Assembly (NCBI GenBank): GCA_964106645.2 | Contig: OZ067039.1 | Length of the DNA: 64,000 nucleotides | Reading direction: 5' to 3' (one strand) | DNA from: Podarcis pityusensis | Lineage: Eukaryota | Shown: one piece after another, positions 1-13,745 of the stretch | Position numbering within the stretch: the stretch's first letter is position 1 | Layout of the letters: every line of letters begins with the position of its first letter | Notes under the pieces: model-generated | What the model saw: the letters and a program-made list of their open reading frames with translations, nothing else | Told to the model about the DNA's origin: nothing | Databases searched by the model: none | Made by a program: the position numbers and the translations under genes

Positions 1-110
1 AATGAATTCTTCCCCACTCCTGAAACTAATCAAATGGATACTTGTAAAAAGTATAGCATAGGCACCTGAATACACAAAAAAGGCTAGAGGAGGACCTTCA
101 TCCCCTAAAG

Positions 111-430
111 CAGGGGTAGGCAACCTAAAGCCCATGGGCCGGATCCGACCCAATCGCCTTCTAAATCCAGCCCATGGACAGTCTGGGAATCAGCATGTTT
201 TTACATGAGTAGAATGTGTCCTTTTATTTAAAGTGCATCTCTGGGTTATTTGTGGGGCCTGTCTGGTGTTTTTACATGAGCAGAATGTGGGCTTTTATTT
301 AAAATGCATCTCTGGGTTATTTGTGGGGCATAGGAATTCGTTCATTCCCCCCCCCCCAAATAGTCTGGCCCACCACATGGTCTAAGGGACGGTGGACCGG
401 CCCACAGCTGAAAAAGGTTGCTGACCCCTG
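111..430 (+). mobile_element. Non-autonomous hAT (Charlie-like) MITE, family A copy 1
   Basis: Ends CAGGGGTAGGCAACCT...AGGTTGCTGACCCCTG. Perfect 8-bp TSD ccctaaag (103-110, 431-438). Internal ~71-bp tandem duplication. Confidence 0.92.
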
Positions 431-721
431 CCCTAAAGAAAAATACTGTATTCGTTGTGGGATTAGCACTATATTGCTGCAAGAAACTCATTCGCGTACC
501 ATATTTCAACAAATAGTCTAGTTTTATATGGTTATAAACAGGTCTGGAGAAAATATTTCAAATCCCTAGATTCCAGCATTAGGTTTCTAGATTCTTTCCA
601 GCCTTTGTTATAAATTGCGTCTTCAGTCATTTCCATCTCTGATTGCAATTCAGGTACTAAGCAGCCATCAAAATTTCACCCAGAGTGAGATTTGAAGCAA
701 ATTTGTGTCTTTTTCCTAAGG

Positions 722-908
722 AGCACAGGAAGCTATCTTATGCAGTGTCGGACCCTCTTAACACATTGTTGTTTGCAGTGACTGGCAGTGGCTTTCCAGG
801 GTTTCAGAGAGGGGTCTTTTCCAGTCTTACCTGGGGAAGCTGGGAATTAAACTTGGGACATTTTGCATGCAAAGCATGAGCAACGCCACTGAGTTATGGC
901 CTCTTCCC
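722..908 (-). mobile_element. tRNA-derived SINE with CR1-like tail (Squam3-like), degraded
   Basis: Homologous to 28495-28686 and to the reverse complement of 13572-13745 (acaggaagct..., gactggcag, ccagggtttcaga, ttttgcatgcaaagca). Confidence 0.7.
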
Positions 909-1974
909 TGAAGGGGAACTGCAGTAATACACAAAGCAAAATAGATAAGGAATTTTGAGAGAAGCCAAAACAGCTCTGCTAAACCGCAGTTATATTTTTT
1001 CAAAGTTTCCTTAAATCTCTAGGATGTCACCGGATTTTGCCTAAAGTGAAATTCAGAACAGTTTTTGAGGCTTTTGCTCTTGGTGAAACATCTGAGGGAC
1101 TGCAATGAAAGTGCGGGGCGGGGGGGTTAGTTTCAGTAAGGCTAATTAAGTTCCTCAGAGGGGATTCTGCACATTCCTAGCCCTATGGAAGCAATTGTTT
1201 GATTTTATTAATCCCATCACTGGTGGTGAAGAGAGCCGACCTCAAATTTAAAAATGCCTGCTCCTTGGGTGGGACCTAGCACAGTTTGGCAGGGCTGGGG
1301 GTGTGGTATATAAAAGCAGAAAATAAGAACTCTTTGTTCAGCCAAGTTATCATTGAGAAGGCATTGCTCCATTTTACTGCTAAGCAATATATTGACTGAG
1401 GGAGAAATACTTTTCCATTACCAGTTAATGAATCAATGCTAGGAAATTCCAAGTACAAATACAAGAAGCTCTTGTTTATTCTTATCAGTAACATTTCACA
1501 GCGGGGCTGAGCAATATAATTGATATAACTGATCATATGCAGAGTGACTTTCCCTAATGCAAACAGCAACCCATCATTACAAACTTTACTTTTTAGTTCT
1601 TTCTCACAGGGCCAAACTAATGTGATATTATTCATGTAAATAGCAATTGTACTGTGTTCGTAACCATGGAGGCAGATTAAAAATTATTGTTCTACACATA
1701 TCCTTGCATGTGGCATGCATTGAAACCAGCCTGATTTGTTTGTGAGACAAAACAGTGAAAGAGGAAAATAATAATGGAGGATTTCTAATTAGGTAGCCGA
1801 GAGAGAGCAATCTTGTACTCCAGTTAGGTACCAAGAAGGGGAGGCGATAGTCTGTGTTTACTCTGGTGGAATCGACCACCATATATGCCTGCTCAGATGA
1901 GGAGAGTGAAAACATCCCACCAGAACATACACACAGAAGTTGAAAAATGGCAGACATGCCATTAATCACAATTC

Positions 1975-2100
1975 ACTATCCCTTAGCCTCAGGGTTGCTG
2001 TGAAAATAACATGGAGAAGTGGAGAAGTGAAGAAGCATGTAAGTCACCCTGAGTTCCTTGGAGGAAAGATGGAATATAAATGTAATAATGAATAATAAAA
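1975..2100 (+). mobile_element. 3' part of an old L2-tailed SINE
   Basis: cctcagggttgctgtgaaaataa...caccctgagttccttggaggaaagatggaatataaatgtaataa. Possible minus-strand relatives at about 10525-10630 and 30400-30540. Confidence 0.5.
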
Positions 2101-4913
2101 TCCTGCCAATCAGGAATTGTGCTGGTGATGATGCCCTAAAGTAATATTATGCACACTTTAAGTCAATGGGGCTTCCTTCAGAATAGGCGTTACAGGATGG
2201 TGTTGCACATGATTATGGGCATGTGCTTCCAGTCCCTTATGGTATGTATGTGAGGGTCTGTACCCATCCATAACAGGAAAAGGTTGGGAAGGAGAAGGCA
2301 GAGGCAAGTCAGGAAGAGATGGGGCTAAAGCCCATTGCATAGCAAACCCCTCTCCCATTTCTAGTATGTTTTAATTAAAAATCAAATCAACTCAAAGATT
2401 CTGCATGTGATTCTTAATCAGTTCGGAGTCTCCAGGAGAATAAAGTAATTATACCAGTCATTTGGTTACAGTAATTAAAACTTTAATTAACATCACTTCT
2501 TACCCCTTAGCCTCCCTAAACAGCACAGGGACTTGAGTGCTTCCACCCTGGCACCCTTGGAATCTGCCAAGACCACTGCTGCCTTTTTGATATTGGCATC
2601 AAAGGAACTGTTTGTTTTGAGGCGCCGTCCCCCCATTCCCTTTGCTTGTTTTTAAATCATAAGGCTGCTTAGAGAAACCATGCAAATATCCCTCTTGAAA
2701 CATTTGCAAGGCAACTGTACTTTGGACAGATAAATGTCTTATGGCTTTTATCGCAAAATTGGGCTGGCAGGCACTGCTTCTGTGTGTAGGAGCACTTATT
2801 TCAAAGATGCTCTGTTTTTAGGCAACATTACAGATCTAACAAACCTAATGGAGGAATCTTATTTCAGAGCTCTCTCAGTTCCATAGCACTCTGTAAAAGG
2901 AGACCCAGTAGCAAAGAATATCTCTTGATAGTTTCTGTTTAGCCGTTCATTATCTCTGTGCTTCCTGTTCTTGCCATTGTCTTGCAAGACAAAAATGCAG
3001 GTAATTGTGCTGGTTCGTTTTTTTAAAAAATAAATAAATCCAAAAGCAACAGTGGTGTACTGCCATATATTAGGATAAAAGTAGCGAGTTCAAGTTCTGA
3101 AGAACTTTTCCCCCCCAACTAGATGCTTAGGAAACTTAATAAAAAGTTAGTGTTGTGGGGGTGGGGGGAAGAGAAGCAGAGGTATAATGTTTCAGGGAAT
3201 GATAGAAAATCCCAAAAGTCTGCAGTTCATGACAGTTTTACAGTGAGGCTTTTCCATCATGTCCTTGAAGCAAATGAATAGGCATAGGATGTATTGTTTT
3301 TAAATGCATTTGCTGATTTGCTTCCAGCACCCTTTTCTGAACTTCCAAGGTAGTCACTGTGGCACCATCCAGATGTGGACTACAACCCTCATCATCCCTA
3401 ACCATTGGCTATGTCGACTGGGACTTATTGGCATTGTAGTCATAACATCTAGAGGGCATCACCTTGCCTATCCCAGCTGTAGTTGTTCAGTGGTGAGCAA
3501 AGGGCACTTTGCTTGTGTTCAGATGTGAGTTTCTTTCAGATTCTAGGACTTGAGCCCTGGCACTGAAAACAGGCTGCCTTGGTGAGCTCTGGGTACAAAT
3601 TGCCAAGGTGAGAGGGAAGAGCAGGCAAGCCTATTATAAGACAACGTGTGTTTTGTGTTTTTGTTTGTGTGTGTAAAGTTGTGAGTGGAAACCCCTTTCC
3701 ACTTTTGTGAAGACCTGCTGGATAGAGGAGAACTACTGAGGAGTGGGTTGAGCGGAGGGTCACAGAATTAATTATATGTTCTTCAGTTGTAGCTTCCTGG
3801 CAGTGATGGTGGAGTCAGTGCTTATTTCCTAAAGAAAGAGGTTCCAGGGTGTTAATCAGAAGATAGGACATCATTCTGTAAACCCTGGGTTGTACTGAAA
3901 GTAGCACTATGGAGAAAGTTCTGTCAGGACAAGTATTTCCCTTTCCACAATGGAACATTCTCCTCCTTTCCTCTCCCTATGTGACTGCCCTAAATCTGTT
4001 CTGTGACTTTGTCCAATCCTCTGGAGCAGATTTGAGAACTGTGTATGGCGGGGGCTGGAGAGGAGGGCACTCCTGTTGTATTAGTGCTAATTCTTGTGCT
4101 ACAGCAATTATTTAGCTGAATGTCACCCTCTGCCTCCTAATTATAAATATGTGAGACAGGAGGTAGGCCACAGTTGCTCTGAGGAGAATGGGAAGCACTC
4201 TGCATAGACTTAGAAACGTTCTTATCATTACATATGGTCATTACAGCCTTGGGAATGAAGCCCACCGAAGCTACCTACAGAGGAGGGATGAAAAACATGG
4301 CATTGTTATGGTTGGGGGTGGAGAAGGTGGCTTCACTTAAGGAAAGCAAGCCAAGCCACAGCCCACATGACCAATTTTATAGATGGAAAACATTGAGGCT
4401 GAGAAAAAGCCCTAACAATCATTGATGGTAAAAAAGAGAACCAAAATGCACATGAAGCAGGTATGTAGACTAGATAGCTCACAGAAGTTATCCAAACTAT
4501 ATACTACAGGATTAGTCACAGGTGTGTACTACATCTGATCAAGGAATTAACTGCAACAAACTAGATGCATTTGCATAGATACAAACCTAACCCACAAATG
4601 GTGCATGGGTAAAAGAGAGGTCAGAGTTTACCAAGTTTTACAGCTGAAATTCTTTTTTTTAAATACATGCCAATTAACCAGTCCCCTAAGATCTGAACTC
4701 TTCTGACTCCCAGATCTGTTGTTTGGAGGAGGTGAGTATGTTGTTTCTGCCTGCGGAAGCTACGTAACTGGGTCTTGTGAGGGCAGGTCAGAGGCAGCCT
4801 TGGGTCTGCTGAGTCCAAAGGCAATTCATTCCCTTGAGAGGCCATAAGATTGCACCCCTCAATTATGCCAGTCTTGAGCTGGTGCAATTAACTTTCAGCT
4901 CATATAAATTCAG

Positions 4914-4957
4914 GTGTGTGTGTGTGTGTGTGTGTGTGTATGGATAGATAGATAGAT

Positions 4958-5004
<47 letters not shown>
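4914..5004. repeat. Compound microsatellite (GT)13 + (GATA)~15
   Basis: Read directly from the sequence. The GATA tract has one GAT interruption. Confidence 0.97.
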
Positions 5005-7775
5005 GTGAGTATCCACCCCACCCCCCCATAAAAAAACAACAACCCAGCCTCTTTCCCTGGTCGGCAGGAGCTGTCAGGGTTTATTTGGAAGTAGTAGATT
5101 ATCTACCATTTCACTCCTTCACCCCCAGTTGAGATTGCCTGTGTGTTTATGTGCAAGAGAATTAGACATCTAAATGGGAGGCATTTTAAAGTGTAGTTAA
5201 GTACTGTACTCCCTCTTTTATTTGCTTCCAGCCACAGGATTTGATTCTCTTTTTATCAACAGACTTCCTTCCCTCCTACATACTTCTGATTGGACATGCA
5301 TGCAGTTGAACCTTCATGATCACTTGCACAAGAAGTCATAACAACTTTTGGTTGTGATTTTGGTAGATAAATAGAGGAAGGCCTAATTTTCAAATAAGCA
5401 GGTTGGAGGGCATGCAAACTTAGGGGACAGCATGTAATTTTGCTTTTGAAAGAAGCATGGATCCTTTACGGTCATCTTTATTTTCCCCCTGAAATGAGCT
5501 CCAAAGCTCCATGAAGCACTATTGCTGAAATACCATTTAGTATTTAGATAGTGTTCATGGCTGTTTAATTGGATGCAATTTGTCAATCATGAACACCCCT
5601 CCCCCCGAAAAAAGAAAAAAAGCCTGAGAGACAATAAGACAGCCATGAGAGACTTGTTCCCTGTAAAAAGATCAAATGTGTCTGAACCAGCTAAAGCTCA
5701 ATCTCGTCAGCACAGCGAGGGCTTCCTTTCTCCCTAGGCAGTCTTGAATGGGCAGTGGATTTAGCTCACATTATGTACGTTTGTGCTGTGATGTACTATG
5801 TGGGAAATGACTTACCAATTGCACATAGTAGAAATAATGGGTTTAACACTCACATGGCAGGTGCCAAGTCATTTGAAAGACACTGGCGCATGCTGGGATC
5901 AGGTTGTCTACCTGTTCGAAAGGCTTTACGAGCCTGTGAGATTGTGCTGAGTTACAGTACAGGGTTATGTCAAGAAGTCTCGCGGCTAAATAGGATTCTG
6001 CATGTGACAAAGGGATCTTTTAAACAGCCATAATAATCTTTTCCACTGACAGAAGATGTGTTCTGTATCTGTTTCCTATGGCAGTGTTACGGTATAGCGG
6101 TGGGGTTGCCAGGTAAGTGGGGTTTGATGTAGCCAGCAGTAATGAATATTTTGTTGGTTATTCTTTCTTCGACTCCGTATCTATAGCTCTTTCTTCCAGC
6201 ACTAAAGGCCATCTGCAAAGATCAGCTTATGCCCTACTAATCTCACTTGGCGTTAAGATTCTACTTCTGAACAGTTTTCAAAGGTTTAATGTGATTTGAT
6301 GATTAATTAAGGGTTGGGAAATTAATGATTGTTAAGAGTCCATCAGGCCAATGAGATTATTATTTCACTGCCCCCACCCAAAAAAACTGTTGCTTGAGTG
6401 TTTGTGAAGAGAAAGATAAATTGAAAGGGGCTCTAATTTCATTTTGTTCTGCCTGTTGTAGCCTTCTGTTTAGTAATTACGTTACAAGTTGTCCCAAAGT
6501 AACTACTTCCCTTCAGAATTGTCCGCTTTAACCCACCTTTCAAAAGCATAACATTGTACATACTGTGGGTATTCTGGAGTACTTTCAAAAGGATCTACCC
6601 TAAGACCACTTCCTTCATCAGATGCTTGGTAACCATGAAACTCCTTTTCTGTGGAAAGTTCAAAGGCGCTAAATACATATGCTAAATGTTGATAACTCGA
6701 GTTGAGCCTGAAGAGTTGTCTTTTTAAATGAGTTCCCCCTCTTTCTTTGATCTGATTCTAATAGAAATTGCAGACACTGTATCTCGTAACCACTGTACCC
6801 TTACTGCATTCCCATTGAATTTAGTGGAACATCTGCACAGGAGTGGACTGCATGCTTTTGCTTTTAATTTGTATTGCGACTCCCATCATCCCTGACTACT
6901 TCACATGCTGGCAGGGGATTGATGGGCACTGGAGTCCAACAACATCTGGAAGGCTATAGTTGCCGCATCCCTGCACCTAAGACGTTGGGATGAGGACAGG
7001 CTGAACCTTTAAATACAGAAATTAAGTTACAATTGCATAGCCTTTTAGTGAATTCACCTGCCTGCCCACAGTTTTTGAATTGAGTGCTTTCCCTTCTATG
7101 CATATCATTTAGTTGCTTTTAATGTTTGCCCTTTCTATGTGTTTTAGGTGTGCTGTATTTTAACGTGTGTTGATTGCTACATCCCTGTAGCAATAATAAG
7201 CACACTAGACTGTCAGCTTGTCAGAGAGCATATTAATGTCATTTATTCAATTTGTTGTTAATTTCACTTCCTCTTGGCAATTTTGCTTTAACCCCCTTCT
7301 CTTTGTTCTTGACAATTAAGAGATGAGGCCTCATAAGGAAGGCAACTTGTGTGGCTAATAGGGGTTCTAGTTACTTGAAGGGGTAGTTAATAGAAAGGGG
7401 CAATGATATAGTTGTAAGTAATCCACTCACGTATGTATGAATATCCTTTCTCGTTCTGTTACTTATACCAGCATGTTTGTCACACACAAATTAAAGCCTT
7501 GCCCATGAAATTTCCTGGGACAATTAATGCAAACTCCACTGGAATATTCCCATTGTTCTCCAGAGCTGAGAAATGCTCTTGGGTAGCAGTCCGCTGTGGC
7601 AGTCCCGGTGAGTGTGTTCTTTGTGAAAATGCTTTGGATGCCCTGTCCTTTCCTTTTGATTCAGTCACAGGCACCTTGACCTGATGCAAGTTATACTTTC
7701 TCAGGGAATCCCTAACACTACCGGCTTAACACATGAAGTCCTTGTGTTTCATGTGGATTCCTGGTTCTGATAGAG

Positions 7776-8670
7776 CAGTGGTGGTGAACGTATGGCACGT
7801 TCTCTGTGGGCATGTGCGCCATCACCCCTGCAGGGCCGTAGCTTCCAAGCTGGGGGAAGAGGAGGACTTGCGCCGTCCAAAGCCTTCGGCACCAGGGCCT
7901 GGTAAGCAAGCGAGGGGCTGAGGGTTTACATGTTTGCTGGGCTTTCCCATGGAAGCCAACAGAGAAATTCATTCCGTGGAGGCTGCAATCAAACGGCAGC
8001 TGAAGAAACGGCAAATAAAATAATAATAAAAAATAAAAAATACCCTGGCCATCTGGCTGGATTTATTTATTTATTTACTTATTTTTATTTGTATGTGCGC
8101 ACGCAGACAATCATTATCTCATATTAAAAATTGGGAGAGGGTGGCTCTTAGTACAGCTCTCCAGTGTTCACTAGTGCCAAATTTGTGGAACCTTCTGGAA
8201 AAAATGTATTTCCAAGGTTTGATGGCTCATAACACCACTTTGTTTTGGAGTAATACCAGTGCTTTTTTTCTGTGGGGACGAAGGGGGACGCATACCCCTA
8301 AACATTTTGCGAATTTAATGGGAGAAGAAATTCACTGTATTTATTTTTCCCAATTTGAACTGCATTTATTTTTCCCCGGAGGTGATTTTCTTGAGTCAAA
8401 ATGAGAGTACCCCTAAACATTTTTTTAGAAAAAAAGCACTGAGTTATACCATAAAATTATATATCAATGAAAATATAATTTAATGAAGAATGTAATGCAA
8501 TTTTTTTAATGGATTATTTATTCCAACAGCAGTCATAAAGAAGAAACGTGAAACACACAGAAAAAAAAAGAGATATACAGGTTAAATTGCCATGTTGGCA
8601 CTTTGTGATAAATAAGTGGGTTTTGGGTTGCAGTTTGGGCACTCAGTCTATAAAAGGTTCACCATCACTG
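7776..8670. mobile_element. Non-autonomous hAT element (895 bp including a nested MITE)
   Basis: TIRs CAGTGGTGGTGAACGT / AGGTTCACCATCACTG (14/16 complementary). Perfect 8-bp TSD tgatagag (7768-7775, 8671-8678). Confidence 0.88.
8257..8441. mobile_element. 185-bp hAT-type MITE nested inside 7776-8670
   Basis: Perfect 15-bp TIR CAGTGCTTTTTTTCT / AGAAAAAAAGCACTG. TSD agtaatac/agttatac (1 mismatch). The motif tacccctaaacatttt occurs near both ends. Confidence 0.88.
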
Positions 8671-9674
8671 TGATAGAGGTTATCCCAATATATATTTTTG
8701 GTATACCTTCCTGTGGCTATCCTGCACTTAAGTACTCTAGATAGAGTAATTTCTTGAGTCCAAAGCTGGAGAAGTCTCAGAAACTGACCCCCCTCCACTT
8801 TGTAGATGGCTTTGTGAGAGGGAGATTTGAAGCCGTGCTGTGGAAGGCAATTTTAGAACCTAACCTAAAATGCAACGTGACAAAGTCTGTGTTTGGCTCA
8901 ACCCAATCTGGTTTCAGTTGAAGTTGTATTTATAAAATGGAAATACTATTGGTTTCTTTTTTTGCATCAGTTTAACAGAGATCTGATGCAGGACCTGCTT
9001 CTTCTCACTCAGAATGGAGAAAGAGAAGCCTGGATGAAACAGCAACACTAGTTTAAATAAAGACGGCTTAAATATCCCCCAAGGAACGAGAAAAGACATG
9101 GTTTCTTTAGTTGGATTGGAGGCAGGAAAAGAGAATCATTCATCAGAATGAGATGCAGACTTTACTGATTGGGTGTGTGTACTGAGGTTTCATTTCACCT
9201 TCGTGGGACAAGGCAGTGAGAAATAATCAAAACACAGCAGTGATTCTTTTCCTTCTGGCTGCTAGAAGAAAAACTATTCCATAGGGAAAGCAGTTGTTAG
9301 AGTTACACCCTGATCTTTACCATGTTTGCTTCAAAACGGGTAGTCATGTTGGTTTCAACAGGGTTGCTCCAATCCAGCTTTAATTGTGAATAGTATGATT
9401 GAAGATCTGCATTTGAATGACCACCAAGATGTGCATCCAATTGTTTTCAATACAGTAGCATCACACAGGTATGCATTTAGATCCACGTCTGAACGTTCAT
9501 CTGAATTACACTGGTGGTTCATGATCCAGCAAATGATAGGTGTTAATAAGTCTGCTTACGTAGGCGGATCCCCTTGGCTAGATTGCCTGATAGCTTACGC
9601 ACCATTTCTTTCCACTTTCCAAATAATGGGATGGTTGAACTTGGGAATTGTGTGTGAATGTGATTTGTCTTAGT

Positions 9675-9993
9675 CATGGGTTGGCAAACTAGGGCCCGGG
9701 GGACAGATCCAGCCCAATCGCCTTCTAAATCCTGCGGACGGTCTGGGAATCAGCATGTTTTTAAATGAGTAGAATGTGTCATTTTATTTAAAATGCATTT
9801 CTAGGTTATTTGTGGAGCCTGCCTGGTGTTTTTACATGAGTAGAATGTGTGCTTTTATTTAAAATGCATCTCTGGGTTATTTGTGGGGCATAGGAATTCG
9901 TTCATTTTTTCCTCTTCAAAATATAGTCCGGCCCCCCACAAGGTCTGAGGGACAGTGGACCGGCTCCCTGCTGAAAAAGTTTGCTGACCCCTG
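9675..9993 (+). mobile_element. hAT MITE family A copy 2
   Basis: Same internal sequence as 111-430. Perfect TSD gtcttagt (9667-9674, 9994-10001). Confidence 0.92.
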
Positions 9994-10939
9994 GTCTTAG
10001 TTTTAGGTAGGGACGCTTGAGATTTCAACAGTTTGCTGCCAGAGGGTTTGAGCTTTTGCTTGATTTGAGTGCTCATGAAAGATTGAAGGTGAGTGCAAAG
10101 TGCCTGGCTCATCTGTCTGCCCCAAAGTCCAAGAACTCGTTTTGGGGAAAGGTGGAAGTTGGTACTCCACTGGATGGAACTGCTTGGGACTGCAACTGGG
10201 TCTGCCAGTCCCAGAGCCCCCAGTGGGAAAATGACACTGTTCACACTGGGGAGCATGCCCTCCAAGCCCCAGCTGTGCTGCCCTCAGTGCTGCTTACAAC
10301 CATTTGACTAGGGGAGCTGGCCTTTGGGGGTACTTTTGCGAGATTTGCTTGCAACATCCTTGATCTAATATTTAACCAATCCTTGAAAGATAAGTATGAA
10401 TTCCTATGCAAAAGGCATTCATAAAATAGCATGTGAAGATGTTAAATATAAACATATTGTTCAGCTAACCCTGTTGTCCTCTCAGTATTTAAATGCTTGC
10501 CAAAATAGAAAGGCAATGGTGATGTCAATTTTACAAATCAGGAACTGAGGCTGAGTGAGTGTGACATGCACATGATATGTTTCATGGGTGACATGGGACT
10601 TGAACCAATCTCCAGATCTGCACACTGGCTCTTCTGATCTTCTGTTTCCTGTTGGACAACAAATGAAATGGCTCCAGGAGTATCATAAAATGTATTGAAT
10701 TTGTTTCTGCTGAAGGTCTCCTTTGAGTTGTGGAAATTATTTGCATGCTGTAGTTTTGTACATGCTGTCAAGTGAATCTTTCAAATAAGAGCAGCTTTTC
10801 TTGCGGAGATCTCGCTCAGGGAGAGCTTAGGTGTTGGATCTATGGAGTTTGCAACAGTCTGAATGCCCCCCCCCCCATGTTGAGAGCATCACTCTTCCAA
10901 GCTGTGTCACTTGTGATGTGAGGTTTTATCAGCTATAGA

Positions 10940-11086
10940 AAGCCATGGTTTGCCTTAGCATGTCATCTGAAACCATTAGCTGTGACCACAATTCCACCCC
11001 CTCCCCAGTTTTACAAATCTTAGTTTATCTGGAGAAGACAAAGCAAAAACCAGGTTTGGATGAAATGCTAAGCCAAACCATGTCTT
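10940..11086. repeat. Imperfect ~33-bp inverted repeat pair, probably an old MITE
   Basis: agccatggtttgccttagcatgtcatctgaaacc versus ggtttggatgaaatgctaagccaaaccatgtct. Similar aaaccatggttt-type motifs cluster at about 54790-54905. Confidence 0.6.
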
Positions 11087-12925
11087 AGCTTACTGCAGTG
11101 CAGCAGCAGAGGACCAGCACAGGAATGTTTGGGTGAGTCCCAATAACTAAAGCACTGCAAAACAACAGACATTCATTCCTCAAGAGCGCTAAAGCTCCCT
11201 ACTAAACAAATCTATTTGAATCTGTTTGCTCACGGCACGCAGGCCTTCCTTGTGAGCATAGCAGCCCAAATTGCCTGCCCCCGGGTTCCCTGTGGTATCC
11301 TGACTCTGTGAAAAAGGGTGAAGGCTAAGCATTGATTTCCTTGTCAGTCCCCCACCTCACCCTCCCTCAATTGACTCGACGGAGAACAATGTTGATTGGA
11401 AAATAATTGCAATAATAATAGAGATATTTGCTCCTGAGTAACTAGGCAATACAACCTGGGCACGAAGCCAGAAGAATTTTGAAGGGCAAAGCATGGAAAT
11501 CAATGGCTCAAGACTGCTGGAGCAGCTGTCAGCCTCGGGAGGAGGGAGCAGGGCAATGGCGTGAACAGAGAAGATGAAGTTGCAAGTGCGAAGGATGGTT
11601 TTGGAATGGCTGTGGGAGGATTGAGCTTTTGCAGAGGGGGAGCTGAGGGGTGGCATAGTGCTGCTATAGTGTGATGGTAAAGAGTGTCAGCTGTGAGCTG
11701 GAAAGTCCTCAAATCAAATCTCGTTTTAGGTATGAAATTACAGGTGGACTTTGGGTAGCCATTGTCTTTCACTGTTTCTCTTACCTTACCAAGTTCTTGT
11801 AATGGTTATTGGGGTGATGTATATGAATCTCTTTCTATGCTTTACAGCATTTCATAAATTCTAAGTATTATTGCTATTGGTGGTGGAGGATTAGGTTATA
11901 GAATGAAACACCTCAGTGTGCTGCTGCTGCTGCTTTTTTTCTCTATATGAACATTTTATGGCTAAAACTGCTTTTGTATTTTACACATCCTGCATAGGTG
12001 GCAGTGTTGCCGTGCAATCTGCCCAAAGCCGCAAAGCACTGAGCTGGCAGCTTTCCAAGGGACAATCTCCAGGAAAGCAACATTACCGGCTTTTCAGGGG
12101 ATTGGGAGGCTGGTCTACAAGTTACAATTCCCATGTGGAGGCTGCTTGAGCTGAAACGGCTTCCAGGTGGCAGCTGCTCCACATAGTGGCATGTTGTATG
12201 TGGCTGGCGCTCATGGGGCTGTGCCTAAGGGCATTAAAATTGGACATTAGTTCAAGGAGTAGTGTCAGGAAGCTGAATAGCCAGAGGGTGGTAATTCCCT
12301 GTGTTTTCACCTGCTAAATCCAACTCAATCCCATTTACAGGATTAGGGTCTAAATGAGATGAACTTTCCAGGTCAGCTTCTGGTGTGCAGTTGCCCCAGT
12401 GAGGAAGGTGTTTTTAAGACACGGTCTCAGATCTGGCCACAGTGACAAATTAAGTCTGAGAGCCACTGTGTGCAGGCTCTTCTTCCCTGTTTTTATCATT
12501 GTTACTGATTTTAAAGAAGTGCAGTTGCAAATATTTCCACTGATTCTGTTAGAGCTTTTGGATCTCTTTTAAGGGGTCTGTCCCTGGCTTTTTAAATTCA
12601 CCACGTGTGTGTTTTTGGGAGGAGGGCAGTCCCAAAGGTCCTTGTGCCTGCTTCTTAACAGTTCTTTTGCACAATGAAATAGACTGTTAACCAACAGTAG
12701 GTGAGGAATGATCTACCTTTCGTAGCCTCTCTGTAGAATGAAGTGCTTTACAGAGCCTAGTAAAAATGCAAAGTTGATGTAACATCCCTTGTTCAGATAG
12801 GGGACTTGTGGATGTGGCTGCACGGTGGCAACTTTGCTGGTATGTTTTACTTTGGCTAGGAGATCTGCCCCTTGATGTGTGTGGGTTATCTGCTGCAGAT
12901 GCCAAAGCATCTACACACAGTAGAG

Positions 12926-13258
12926 CACGGGTCAGCAAACTTTTTCAGCAGGGGGTCGGTCCACTGTCCCTCAGACCTTGTGGGGGGCAGGACTATATAT
13001 ATTTTTTGGGGGAAATGAACGAATTCCTATGCCCCACAAATAACCCAGATAACCCAGAGATGCATTTTAAATAAAAGCACACATTCTACTCATGTAAAAA
13101 CACCAGGCAGGCTCCACAAATAACCCATAAATGCATTTTAAATAAAAGGACACATTCTACTCATGTAAGAACATGCTGATTCCTGGACGGTCAGCGGGCC
13201 AGATTTAGAAGGCGATTGGGCTGGATCCGGCCACTGGGCCTTAGTCTGCCTACCCATG
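12926..13258 (-). mobile_element. hAT MITE family A copy 3 (inverted)
   Basis: Reverse complement of family A. Perfect TSD cagtagag (12918-12925, 13259-13266). Has a private ataacccag duplication. Confidence 0.92.
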
Positions 13259-13571
13259 CAGTAGAGTATGGTCATCTCTAGAATTTATTTGCTGGTATCT
13301 ATCTACCTGTCAGGATTGATGTTGCATCTGGTGGTGCAGTGTTCTTAATTCTTAAGAGACAAGGTTTTATTGGTACCATCCCTCTGTCTTCCTGCCATTG
13401 ATGAAGGGGCGACTACAGATGGTGCACCTGGTCATCCAAATGAGTAAAACGACTCTGTGCATTTGTTCCTATTCCCAACTTTCATGACTCCTTGTCCTGC
13501 TTCTACTGCTGTAGAGAATTTGTTACCCATTAGTCCACCACTGACAGGCTCTTAATCTAAGACTCTTGGTA

Positions 13572-13745
13572 GGGGAAGAGCCTTGGGTCGGTGGCAGAGC
13601 ATCTTCTTTGCATGCAGAAGGGTTCCGGTTCAATCCCCAGAATCTCCTGGAGGGCTGGGAGAGAGGAACCCTTGTCTGAAATCCTGGAGAGCTGCTGCCA
13701 GCCAGTGTAGATCCTGAGCTGGGTGCAGCCAGCTTTCTATGTTTG
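13572..13745 (+). mobile_element. Squam3-like tRNA-derived SINE
   Basis: tRNA-like head tggcagagcat...tttgcatgcagaagg with B-box GGTTCAATCCC at 13627. Body cctggagagctgctgccag. Confidence 0.72.

Noticed and set aside
13572-13645. tRNA gene (B-box GGTTCAATCCC; similar boxes near 21625, 29600 and 48617)
   Set aside because: These are tRNA-derived SINE heads followed by SINE bodies. No complete cloverleaf is evident.
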